DNA of 64,000 bases from Candidatus Poribacteria bacterium (GTDB lineage: Bacteria > Poribacteria > WGA-4E > WGA-3G): contig OZ251518.1 of NCBI GenBank assembly GCA_965242965.1, forward strand, positions 4,832,001 through 4,896,000, written 5' to 3'. The notes beneath the pieces are model-generated. The model had not been told where the DNA came from, did not search any database, and saw nothing but the letters and a program-made list of their open reading frames with translations. Shown here in pieces: positions 19,254-27,850 of this stretch (position 1 is the first letter of the stretch; every line of letters begins with the position of its first letter). Both the position numbers and the translations under genes were made by a program.

Positions 19254-19804
19254 AGAATCATGTCTCCCATCTGTTGATTCAATTTCCTCTGCACCTTCAT
19301 CCGTCGCCGGCGCGTCAGAAGCAGATCGTCCTTCAACATTTGCGAACCGACGAGGAGCCATTCGCGATACAACTCAAACGTGCTTTTGAACTGTTCAAGT
19401 GGGAAATCCGGATCGATCTCCATTTCATAGATGAACCGTTCCAAATTGAGACGGAGGCTCTTGAAATACTGCGCGTTGTGGCTCAGGATTTCCATCCGAT
19501 CCGAGATTTTGAGGATAACGTGTAAGAGGCTTAAAAAGGCCGCAGTGCCTGCCACTGCCAACCAGATAATCTTTCCGATATCGGGACCGGCGACTTCTTC
19601 TACCGGGGTGCCCCAGACTGCCCATCCGAGCATCACAGAGGCAATCGTAGTGAGCGTCACCATGCTTTTGATGAAGCTATCGATCGGCCGCCAAGCGCGG
19701 ATAACGGAGGTGATCAGTCCTTCCGCATACGCCACACGATAGAAGGTCTCCGCCGCTGTCCGCCAGAGGAGCTCTTTCTGATATTCTTCAACAGTTTCGT
19801 CCAT
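19250..19804 (-). CDS. Two-TM protein resembling SLATT-family effectors
   Basis: Two hydrophobic helices followed by 'ISDRMEILSHNAQYFKSLRLNLERF'; architecture typical of SLATT domains. Family call by pattern only. Confidence 0.65.
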   Translation of the reverse strand: MDETVEEYQKELLWRTAAETFYRVAYAEGLITSVIRAWRPIDSFIKSMVTLTTIASVMLGWAVWGTPVEEVAGPDIGKIIWLAVAGTAAFLSLLHVILKISDRMEILSHNAQYFKSLRLNLERFIYEMEIDPDFPLEQFKSTFELYREWLLVGSQMLKDDLLLTRRRRMKVQRKLNQQMGDMIL

Positions 19805-19976
19805 AATGGACCGCCTTTCAAGGTTTTAGTTTCGCCTGACGATGCAGGCTTTCATTATGATATTAACGAAAGAAATGGGAATTAGGTAACAGAATTGGTA
19901 GGGATGAGTCAAAAAAAGTGCCCGGAAGTTTGGTAGGACGAGGGACAAACCCTCGTCCTACAAACGGTAGCGTGCG

Positions 19977-20639
19977 TTACATTGAAAAATCGCCGACGAA
20001 AACGTTATTCACCGCGCCGCCTTGGTGCCACGTCACGGAGAGTTGCGTGTCTCGATAGCGATAGACTTCCGATTTGCCGACGATGGCGTTCTGCACCGGT
20101 GCCAGCGGTTCATACCAGATCTGGTGTGGTTGCGTGCATGCCGCGCACGGATAGCGATTCGCAGAGAGCGCGAGCACCTCGCCCACCTCGCCGACGGTGA
20201 CATCAAATCGCGTGCCTTCCTTAGCGAAGGATAGCTCCGCTGCTTGCATCGCAACGATATCACCCAAGACCTGAGTCTGTTTTGTCTCCAACATGTCTCG
20301 GAGGGCAGCGCGCTGTGCCGCTGTCGTCTCCGTGTCCACGTATAGCACACTTTTGCGGGTTTCGGTATCGATTGCCAAGTTCTTTTTCGCAGTGACGATG
20401 GCGATGACGGTTAATCCATCAAGCGATACGTCGTTCCATGTCCCGCTATGAATGTTCCAGACGAGGGTAGCTTCTTTACCGCCGTCCACAAATTCTGCGC
20501 CGAAGTGGCACGCGCCGGTGTAGACGCTGGCGGAGCGTGCCTCAATGTATTCGCCTTGGACGCTTGGCAGCTGTGTTGCGAATGCCACGCCTGCTGCGAG
20601 GACAAGCGCGAGCGTCGTCCAAACTAAAACGGTTTTCAT
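19977..20639 (-). CDS. Secreted DUF1326-like protein
   Basis: Signal peptide; 'GEYIEARSASVYTGACH', 'W.I..G.W..V.LDGL.V', 'YVD...T..QR.AL'. Confidence 0.75.
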   Translation of the reverse strand: MKTVLVWTTLALVLAAGVAFATQLPSVQGEYIEARSASVYTGACHFGAEFVDGGKEATLVWNIHSGTWNDVSLDGLTVIAIVTAKKNLAIDTETRKSVLYVDTETTAAQRAALRDMLETKQTQVLGDIVAMQAAELSFAKEGTRFDVTVGEVGEVLALSANRYPCAACTQPHQIWYEPLAPVQNAIVGKSEVYRYRDTQLSVTWHQGGAVNNVFVGDFSM

Positions 20640-20754
20640 CTCTTTTGCCTCCTACTGAAATCGTAATTCTAATGATAAATTTATTATACCCGGTTTGTGT
20701 AAAAAAAGCAAGAACTTTTTTTACGCTTGGCTGCCAAATTAGGTTGATTCGTCG

Positions 20755-21395
20755 TGATACGGAAGTGCCGTTTTTCCCGTAGCGCGGGGGCCTGTCCCCC
20801 GCGATCGTTGGAGCGCACGGAAGTGCCGTTTTTTCCCGTAGCGCGGGGGCCTGTCCCCCGCGATCGCCAGCGTCACGATGTGTTTTCCTTCTCTGTAGTT
20901 TGTGATCGCCTGATCACAAACGGGTCAAGAGCAGGCGCTCTTGACCTACAGGGCCTGGCGCACGAACGATGGCGAGGGACAGGCCCTCGCCCTACGGTAA
21001 GGGGTGGCGTTTTTTTCACCGTAGCGCGGGGGCCCTCGGATGCCACACGCGCATCCGAGAGGGTTTCCCCCGCGAGTTTTTGATAGACCGGAGCATGGCG
21101 AGGGACAGGCCCTCGCCCTACGGTGAGGGAGTGCAGTTTTTTCACCGTAGCGCGGGGGCCTGTCCCCCGCGAGCGTCGGAGTGCACGGAAGTGGCGTTTT
21201 TTCCCGTAGCGCGGGGGCCTGTCCCCCGCGATCGCCAGCGTCACGATGTGTGTTTCCACCTCTGTAGTTTGTGATCGCCTGATCACAAACAGGTCAAGAG
21301 CAGGCGCTCTTGACCTACAGGGCCTGGCGCACGAACGATGGCGAGGGAAACCCGCTCGCATGCGCGGGTGGCATCCGAGGGCCCTCGCCCTACGA
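20755..21395. repeat. REP-like cluster with internal segmental duplication
   Basis: 20778-20990 is repeated at about 21147-21350. Confidence 0.88.
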
Positions 21396-21437
21396 TGAAG
21401 GGGGACCTTCTGCCGCCGCGGCCTCAGTTAATGCGGA

Positions 21438-22268
21438 TTATTCGCGGAGCAATCCGTGAAGCGTGCCGCCCAAAATCTGCGCCTGGTCTGCCGCCGGAAT
21501 GAACGCGCAATGCGTGCGGAACGCCTCCAGCGAATGTTGATACGTCATAAACGAACGCACCACCGGATAATCTGAACCCCAACAGAGCCGCTCGGGACCG
21601 AAATGCTCATAGAGCGCACGGACAATATCGTGCGTATCCGCATACGGATACTCCCACGAAATCTGCGAAACGTAAGCGAACCCCGACATCTTCACGTGAA
21701 TATTCGGCACTTTTGCGGAGGCAAGCACCTCCTGAAATCGGGTTTCATCGCCAACCCGCGCACCTGCCATGTGATGACACAGAAACGGAACAGTCGGAAA
21801 CTGCGCCGCTAATTTTCGCAAAGGCGCGTGCTGCGCACTGTTCATCGCTATGCTGGCAATCAACCCCAAGTCTGCCGTAGTCTGGAAGAACCGTTGTCCC
21901 TCTGCTGAAAAGAACCAACTCCCATCGTCGTCGCCGCGGAGATAGTGCGTATAGCCTTTGAGCGAATAGGTTTCGGCGGCAGTTTTGAGCCGCGCCGCCG
22001 CACCCGGGGTGTGATAGGTATCTGTCCAAGAGCAATCGACATCCGCAAACTGGATGAGCCGTTCCGGATAGCGTTGGACGCACTGCGCTACATAGTCGTT
22101 GTTATCGGCGTTCCTGTCGATGCGCGCGCAAATCAGCACCGCTCTGTCTACGTTGTGCAAATCCATTTCGTGGAGGAGTTGTTCAACCCTACCCCGACTC
22201 TCATCATCGGGGACAGGCGGTTGATAGGGCCACCGGGGCCATGCATGTGTATGTGAGTCAATTATCAT
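21438..22268 (-). CDS. Amidohydrolase family protein (Amidohydro_2)
   Basis: 'IIDSHTH' start and 'WGSDYP' motif. Confidence 0.9.
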   Translation of the reverse strand: MIIDSHTHAWPRWPYQPPVPDDESRGRVEQLLHEMDLHNVDRAVLICARIDRNADNNDYVAQCVQRYPERLIQFADVDCSWTDTYHTPGAAARLKTAAETYSLKGYTHYLRGDDDGSWFFSAEGQRFFQTTADLGLIASIAMNSAQHAPLRKLAAQFPTVPFLCHHMAGARVGDETRFQEVLASAKVPNIHVKMSGFAYVSQISWEYPYADTHDIVRALYEHFGPERLCWGSDYPVVRSFMTYQHSLEAFRTHCAFIPAADQAQILGGTLHGLLRE

Positions 22269-23835
22269 TTTTGCCTCCTAATCCGAGCATCAATGCGCCC
22301 AACTCTGACATATTTGTCTCTTCCGGCTTCACAATCCCGACGAACTGCCCATCAAACATCACCGCGATTCTGTCGCTGAGGTGGAGCAGCTCTTCCAATT
22401 CGGAGGAGACGAGCAGAACGGCTTTGTCGCGGTTGCGCGCTTGCATGAGGCGCGTATGGACAAATTTCGCGGCGTGAATGTCCAACCCGCGTGTCGGATG
22501 CGCGGCGATGATGAGTTCCGGCGAACGTTCGCCGCCACCTGTCAATTCCCGTGCAACCACCACTTTCTGCTGATTCCCACCGGAGAGCGTCCTGATGGGA
22601 TGCGCGATATCCCCAACTCGAATATCATATTTCGCCAGCGCGTTCTCGGCGAAGCGTTGGATAGTTTGATGCTGTAGCATCCCGTGACGGCTAAATAGTT
22701 TTCTTTTATGCCGTCCAATGATGAAATTTGCGTCAATCCGGTCATTGAGGCTGATGCCGTGCCGGTGTCTATCGGCAGGCAGGTGCGCCACGCCTTTTTC
22801 GCGGACTAACGCCGGATCGGCGCGTATCGTTTCTCCGTTTAAGGTGATGGTGCCCTCCTGAATTTGGCGGAGCCCTGTCAACACCTCAACGAGTTCAGTC
22901 TGTCCGTTCCCCTCCACACCTGCTATCCCGACAATCTCACCGCGATGGACTTCAAGGTTAATCTTGCGGAGAAGCGCGTTCCCCCCCTTGCGCTGATTGC
23001 CCACCGTTACATTTTCCAAGCGGAGCAGCGGAAACGGTGTGTTGTCGGCGGCGGAGGCACGGCGAGGGATAGGTAACCCGCGCCCTACACTATCGGGTGG
23101 GACAGCCTCACCGAGCATCAGTTCTGCTAGTTGCGCGGCACCTGTCTCGGTAGTCGGGAAAGATGCCACCGTTTTTCCGCGCCGCATCACTGTGACGGTA
23201 TCCGCTATCGCCATCACCTCGTCAAGTTTATGCGTGATAATGACGAGGCTTTTCCCCTCCTGTTTGAGGCCGTGCATACACCGGAAAAGCCCCTCAACCT
23301 CTTGTGGTGCGAGCACGGCCGTCGGCTCATCCATAATCAGGATTTCCGCGCCGTGGTAGAGTGCCTTCAAAATCTCGGTGTGCTGTTGCGCGCCGAGCGG
23401 CATCAATTCAACCGGCGTATGCAACGGAAACCCCTGAAAACCGAGTTGGGCGGCGAGTGCCGTTATTTCCGCTTCCGCCTGCCGATAGTTAAGGAAGGTG
23501 CTGAAGATGCGCGGCTCCTTCGCGAGGATAATGTTCTGCATCGCGGTGAAGACAGGGATAAGCGTGAAGTGCTGCTGTATCATCCCTAACCCGTGGCGCA
23601 GGGCTCGCCGAGTGGAAGAGGTCTCGACAAGGTGTCCGTTAACAGAAATCTCGCCTGCATCAGGCTGATAAAGTCCATAGAGAATCTTCATCAACGTGGA
23701 TTTGCCTGCGCCGTTTTCGCCGACGATGGCGTGGATTTCGCCGCGACATAGCGTGAAATCTACGGCGGCGTTCGCCTGCACGTGTCCGAAGGATTTGCTG
23801 ATGCCGCGCATTTCAATGATGGATTCATGTTTCAC
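22258..23835 (-). CDS. ABC transporter ATP-binding protein, nucleoside/sugar (CUT2) type, two ABC domains
   Basis: GENGAGKSTL, DEPTAVL, LSGGNQQK, PTRGLD motifs. Confidence 0.95.
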   Translation of the reverse strand: MKHESIIEMRGISKSFGHVQANAAVDFTLCRGEIHAIVGENGAGKSTLMKILYGLYQPDAGEISVNGHLVETSSTRRALRHGLGMIQQHFTLIPVFTAMQNIILAKEPRIFSTFLNYRQAEAEITALAAQLGFQGFPLHTPVELMPLGAQQHTEILKALYHGAEILIMDEPTAVLAPQEVEGLFRCMHGLKQEGKSLVIITHKLDEVMAIADTVTVMRRGKTVASFPTTETGAAQLAELMLGEAVPPDSVGRGLPIPRRASAADNTPFPLLRLENVTVGNQRKGGNALLRKINLEVHRGEIVGIAGVEGNGQTELVEVLTGLRQIQEGTITLNGETIRADPALVREKGVAHLPADRHRHGISLNDRIDANFIIGRHKRKLFSRHGMLQHQTIQRFAENALAKYDIRVGDIAHPIRTLSGGNQQKVVVARELTGGGERSPELIIAAHPTRGLDIHAAKFVHTRLMQARNRDKAVLLVSSELEELLHLSDRIAVMFDGQFVGIVKPEETNMSELGALMLGLGGKNDN

Positions 23836-23863
23836 TTTTTCATCTCAAAGCCTGAGCCCCAAC

Positions 23864-24140
23864 CGTAGCGCGAGGGCCTGTCCCTCGCGAACCTTGAGGA
23901 ACCTGTAGTTCGGGCTCGCCTGAGCCCGAACCGTAGCGCGAGGGCCTGTCCCTCGCGAACGAGACCAGGAGGTCTCGCCTACACCGTAGCGCGAGGGCCT
24001 GTCCCTCGCGAACCCCGGAAGTCTCTCCTACACCGTAGCGCGAGGGCCTGTCCCTCGCGAACGTTCTCAGTAGGAGAGACCTCCCGGTCTCGATTTTTCG
24101 GTAGGATACCGTAGCGCGAGGGCCTGTCCCTCGCGAACGT
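23864..24140. repeat. Direct array of family A REP units between ABC operon genes
   Basis: Five co-oriented GTAGCGCGAGGGCCTGTCCCTCGCG units plus B and C units. Confidence 0.88.
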
Positions 24141-24177
24141 TCTCAGCTCAATCTTGCATCGCGGGGAACAGCCCACC

Positions 24178-25194
24178 CTATTTCTCTTCTCGCTTATAGG
24201 GCACGACGATGTCACCAGCGATGATTTGCGCCTTAAACGCCTCTACTTTTTCCAAAATCTCATCGGAGAGGAGCGCGCGGTTGTCGTCATCAACGGTATA
24301 TTCCACGCCGTCTTCCTTCAACCCGTAATCCTTTTGTCCACCGGTGAAAGTGCCTTCGTGAACGCTTTTTATCGTCTCATAAACCGAAATCTCCACCCCT
24401 TTAATAATGCTGGTGAGGACGAGCCCCGGTGCGAGATGGTTGCCGTTTGAATCCACCCAGATAATCCATTTTTTGAGTGACTTCGCTGCCTCAAGGATAC
24501 CCAAACCGCTTGCACCGGCGGCGGCGATGATGACATCCGCACCCTTGTTATACTGCGCGATTGCCAACTCCTTGCCTTTGGCCGGGTCATCGAACGCTTG
24601 CGGCGTGACACCGACATAGTCAACCAGCAACTGCACATCGGGATTGGCAGCCTGCCGCCCAGCATCGAAACCGATTTCAAAAGCCTCCAGCAGTGGAATC
24701 TTCATCCCGCCGATAAAGCCGATCTTCTTCGTCTCCGTTTTGAGCGAGGCGATGACACCGGCGAGGAACGTCCCTTCCTGCGCACGGTAGGTGAGCGAAG
24801 CGACGTTCGGCATATCAACTACCTCGTCAATCAGCGCGAATTTGACGTTCGGAAACTCACCTGACACCCGGTGAATCGGGTCGCGGAACCGGAACCCAAC
24901 GCCAATGATGATGTCATACTTGAGTTTAGCGAGTCGACGGAGTGCCAATTCGGTGTCGGTGCTCTGCCCCGGGTTCACCTCAGTCAACTTCAGGTTGAAT
25001 GCGTCAGACGCTTTTTTTGCGCCGGCGTAGGCGGCATCGTTAAAGGAAAGATCGCCGCGCCCGCGGACATCGTAAATTAAGCCTATTTTCACGGCGGCGG
25101 AGGCGGTTTCGGTTGCCACCATCGCGAAACAGGCGAGAATAAGTGTTATGGCTAACCAACTGTTTTGGCAACTGTTTTGGCATCTGTTTTTCAT
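24178..25194 (-). CDS. BMP family ABC substrate-binding protein
   Basis: 'GDLSFNDAAYAG', 'IGFIGG', 'GADVI..AAG.SG.G', 'GLKEDGV'; start at MKNRC with AAGGAG RBS. Confidence 0.92.
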   Translation of the reverse strand: MKNRCQNSCQNSWLAITLILACFAMVATETASAAVKIGLIYDVRGRGDLSFNDAAYAGAKKASDAFNLKLTEVNPGQSTDTELALRRLAKLKYDIIIGVGFRFRDPIHRVSGEFPNVKFALIDEVVDMPNVASLTYRAQEGTFLAGVIASLKTETKKIGFIGGMKIPLLEAFEIGFDAGRQAANPDVQLLVDYVGVTPQAFDDPAKGKELAIAQYNKGADVIIAAAGASGLGILEAAKSLKKWIIWVDSNGNHLAPGLVLTSIIKGVEISVYETIKSVHEGTFTGGQKDYGLKEDGVEYTVDDDNRALLSDEILEKVEAFKAQIIAGDIVVPYKREEK

Positions 25195-25457
25195 GATGAT
25201 ACTCCTTGAAAATCTGTTTTTATACGAACGACGCAAATCCAAATGCCAAGTAGACGCGCTTTGTAAAATTGCGCGTGTAAGATGGCGCGTTTACAAACAG
25301 TGCCTACCGGCAGGAAGAAATTGAATTATGGCCGTCACGTTTTATCCCGCTTGCGCGGGCGCATGAATAGTATATCACATTGCTTTTTTCTTTGCTAGTA
25401 GAATTTTTTTTACCATCCAGAATCCATCCCGCCGGTGCTGGAGACCACGGTGCTATA

Positions 25458-26300
25458 CCGTAGGGCGAGGGCCTGTCCCTCGCCGTGCTTCGGGTACGCG
25501 AGTGCGCATCCCCTCTGTAGGGCAAGAGCGCCTGCTCTTGACCCGTTCGGGAGCAGGCGCTCCCGAACTACAGTCTCCGGGGCACGCGAACGATCGCGGG
25601 GGACAGGCCCCCGCGCTACGATTTGCAAGGCCGTTTCCCTTTACCGTAGGGCGAGGGCCTGTCCCTCGCCATGCCTCGGTCGAGAGGGAAACGGTTGGGC
25701 GGCGTGCGTTTTTCGCGCAGATCGAACGATAGCGGTAAAAAAACGTGCCGTTTACCGTAGGGCGAGGGCCTGTCCCTCGCCGGGCCTCGATCGGGGGAAC
25801 GGCTTTGGTTCGCGTGCGTTTTTCGCGCAGGTCGGACGATCGCGGGGGACAGGCCCCCGCGCTACGGTAGATGAAGCGGCATTCCTTTACCGTAGGGCGA
25901 GGGCCTGTCCCTCGCCGGGCCTCGGTCGGGGGAACGGCTTTGGCTGGCGTGCGTTTTTCGCGCAGGTCGGACGATCTCGGTGAAAAAACGTGCCGCATAC
26001 CGTAGGGCGAGGGCCTGTCCCTCGCCATGCAGCGATCGAGAGGAAAACGGGTCGGCGTGCATTTTTCGCGCAGGTCGGACGATCGCGGGGGACAGGCCCC
26101 CGCGCTACGGTGAAAAAACGTGCCGCTGACCGTAGGGCGATGGACAGGCCCTCGCCATGCCTCGATCGTGGAAAAGGCCTTAGTCGGCGTGCATTTTTCG
26201 CGCAGATCGAACGATCGCGGGGGACAGGCCCCCGCGCTACGGGCCCGGAAGGGATTCTCCTCGCCATGCGCCGTTCGGGATCAGGCGCTCCCGAACTACA
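25458..26300. repeat. REP-like cluster with repeated linkers
   Basis: Inverted A pairs around a repeated GTGC(G/A)TTTTTCGCGCAG linker (five copies). Confidence 0.88.
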
Positions 26301-26308
26301 GTCTTCTG

Positions 26309-26400
26309 CTCCTAATCCTGTGAAATCTTGTAAATCGTGTAAATCCTGCTCCTAATCGTGATAATCCTGAAAATCCTGCTCATCTCTTGCTAATCCTGTG
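26309..26400. repeat. Degenerate 9-bp tandem repeat (AATCCTG-type)
   Basis: TAATCCTGT GAAATCTTGT AAATCGTGT AAATCCTGC ... TAATCCTGA AAATCCTGC. Confidence 0.7.
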
Positions 26401-26412
26401 CGAACGATTTTC

Positions 26413-26441
26413 TTGACAAAAAAAACAATTCACGTTAAAAT
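26413..26441 (+). promoter_or_regulatory. sigma70-type promoter of the rsmD operon
   Basis: TTGACA-17-TAAAAT. Confidence 0.7.
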
Positions 26442-26526
26442 TAACAATTAACGTCGAAACCACAAATGAGGTTAATCCTCCCCGGTAGGAGAAACCCCGG
26501 TCTCGATGCCTTCTCGGTGACAAAAA

Positions 26527-27090
26527 ATGCGAATTATCGCCGGTAAATTCAGAGGCAGACGCTTAGCCGCACCCAAAGGAAATGCCGTGCGGCCGACAGC
26601 AGATAGAGTCAAAGAATCAGTGTTTAGCATTCTCCGCGAACAAGTTATTGACGCGAATTTCCTTGACTTGTGCGCCGGGACAGGCAGCATCGGCATTGAG
26701 GCACTGAGCCGCGGCGCGAAACACGTCACGTTTGTAGAACGCGAGCCGCAATGCATCCGCATCATTGAACGCAATCTAGCGGCGTGCCAGTTAACGCGCC
26801 AGCACCGACAAGTGCAGTTGCTCCGTTGCAACATCGCGAGAGGCATTTCGCAACGACTTCAGTCGCGCGCGCCGTTTGACGTTATCTACTTCGATCCGCC
26901 GTATCGTGCCGGGCTTTATAGAGACTGCCTAGCGTTGCTTGCCAATGCGAATATGCTTGATGCCGAGGGCGCACTGCTCGTTGAACATTCAAAACAGACG
27001 TGTCTGCCCCTCACCGTCGGCGAGTTGACGCAGTATCGGCAGGCACATTACGGCGATACGCGCGTATCGTTTTATCAGACGCGAGGATAA
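26527..27090 (+). CDS. rsmD: 16S rRNA m2G966 methyltransferase
   Basis: MRIIAG..RG, RPT.DRVKESVF, LDLCAGTG, EALSRGA, DPPY. Confidence 0.95.
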   Translation: MRIIAGKFRGRRLAAPKGNAVRPTADRVKESVFSILREQVIDANFLDLCAGTGSIGIEALSRGAKHVTFVEREPQCIRIIERNLAACQLTRQHRQVQLLRCNIARGISQRLQSRAPFDVIYFDPPYRAGLYRDCLALLANANMLDAEGALLVEHSKQTCLPLTVGELTQYRQAHYGDTRVSFYQTRG

Positions 27091-27093
27091 ATC

Positions 27094-27813
27094 ATGCAAA
27101 TCCTGAATCTCCAATCTGGAACGCCTTTTCAGATGGGCAAAGGCAAAAACTGGCGCGTCGTGCATCCCGACATGGGCTCCACGCAGTTAACCCTCAACCA
27201 CGGGTTTCACGCGCCCGGACAAGAATTTACGCAGCACTACCACGATGCCTCCGAGGACGCAATTGTCGTCTTGGAGGGTGGCGGCGCGATACGTCAGGGT
27301 AGCGTCTACACGCCGATTGCCGCCGGTGATGTCATTTTCGTCCCTGCTGGGGAGATACATGGGACGGTAAACACCACCGAGAAGATGGCGCGCCTTATCA
27401 GTTTTCAGGCTCCACCGGATATGGCACTCTACCGGGGTGAACGCGATACGCCAAACGAAATTCCCACCCCGCAACAGGGACATCGGAGTAACGTGCAGGT
27501 GATTCGCATGGCACAAAGCGGTCCCGTGTTCGGCAAAACACTGGAGTGGAGAAGTGTTGTGTCGCCGCAAAAAGGCTCCGTGCATCTTTCACTAGACTGG
27601 CTGCGGCTTGGCATCGGCGAAGAATTCGCGCACGAACCGCGAGAAACCGAGGCGATTTATGTCCTAACGGCGGGGCGCGCGGAAGTCCAAACGGAAAACG
27701 AATGCCGGACGCTCCACTCACACGATGTGATTTTCCTCAGTCCAAAAGACACCGTCACCCTGCGTCACATCGGTGACGCGCCGACAACACTTATTCATTG
27801 CTGGGCAGTTTAA
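27094..27813 (+). CDS. Bicupin domain protein
   Basis: 'HYH...E...VLEG.G...GDVIFVPAGEIH' and a degenerate second cupin. Confidence 0.85.
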   Translation: MQILNLQSGTPFQMGKGKNWRVVHPDMGSTQLTLNHGFHAPGQEFTQHYHDASEDAIVVLEGGGAIRQGSVYTPIAAGDVIFVPAGEIHGTVNTTEKMARLISFQAPPDMALYRGERDTPNEIPTPQQGHRSNVQVIRMAQSGPVFGKTLEWRSVVSPQKGSVHLSLDWLRLGIGEEFAHEPRETEAIYVLTAGRAEVQTENECRTLHSHDVIFLSPKDTVTLRHIGDAPTTLIHCWAV

Positions 27814-27850
27814 GCCAGCACAGCGCGAAACGCGAAACGGAATAACAAAC

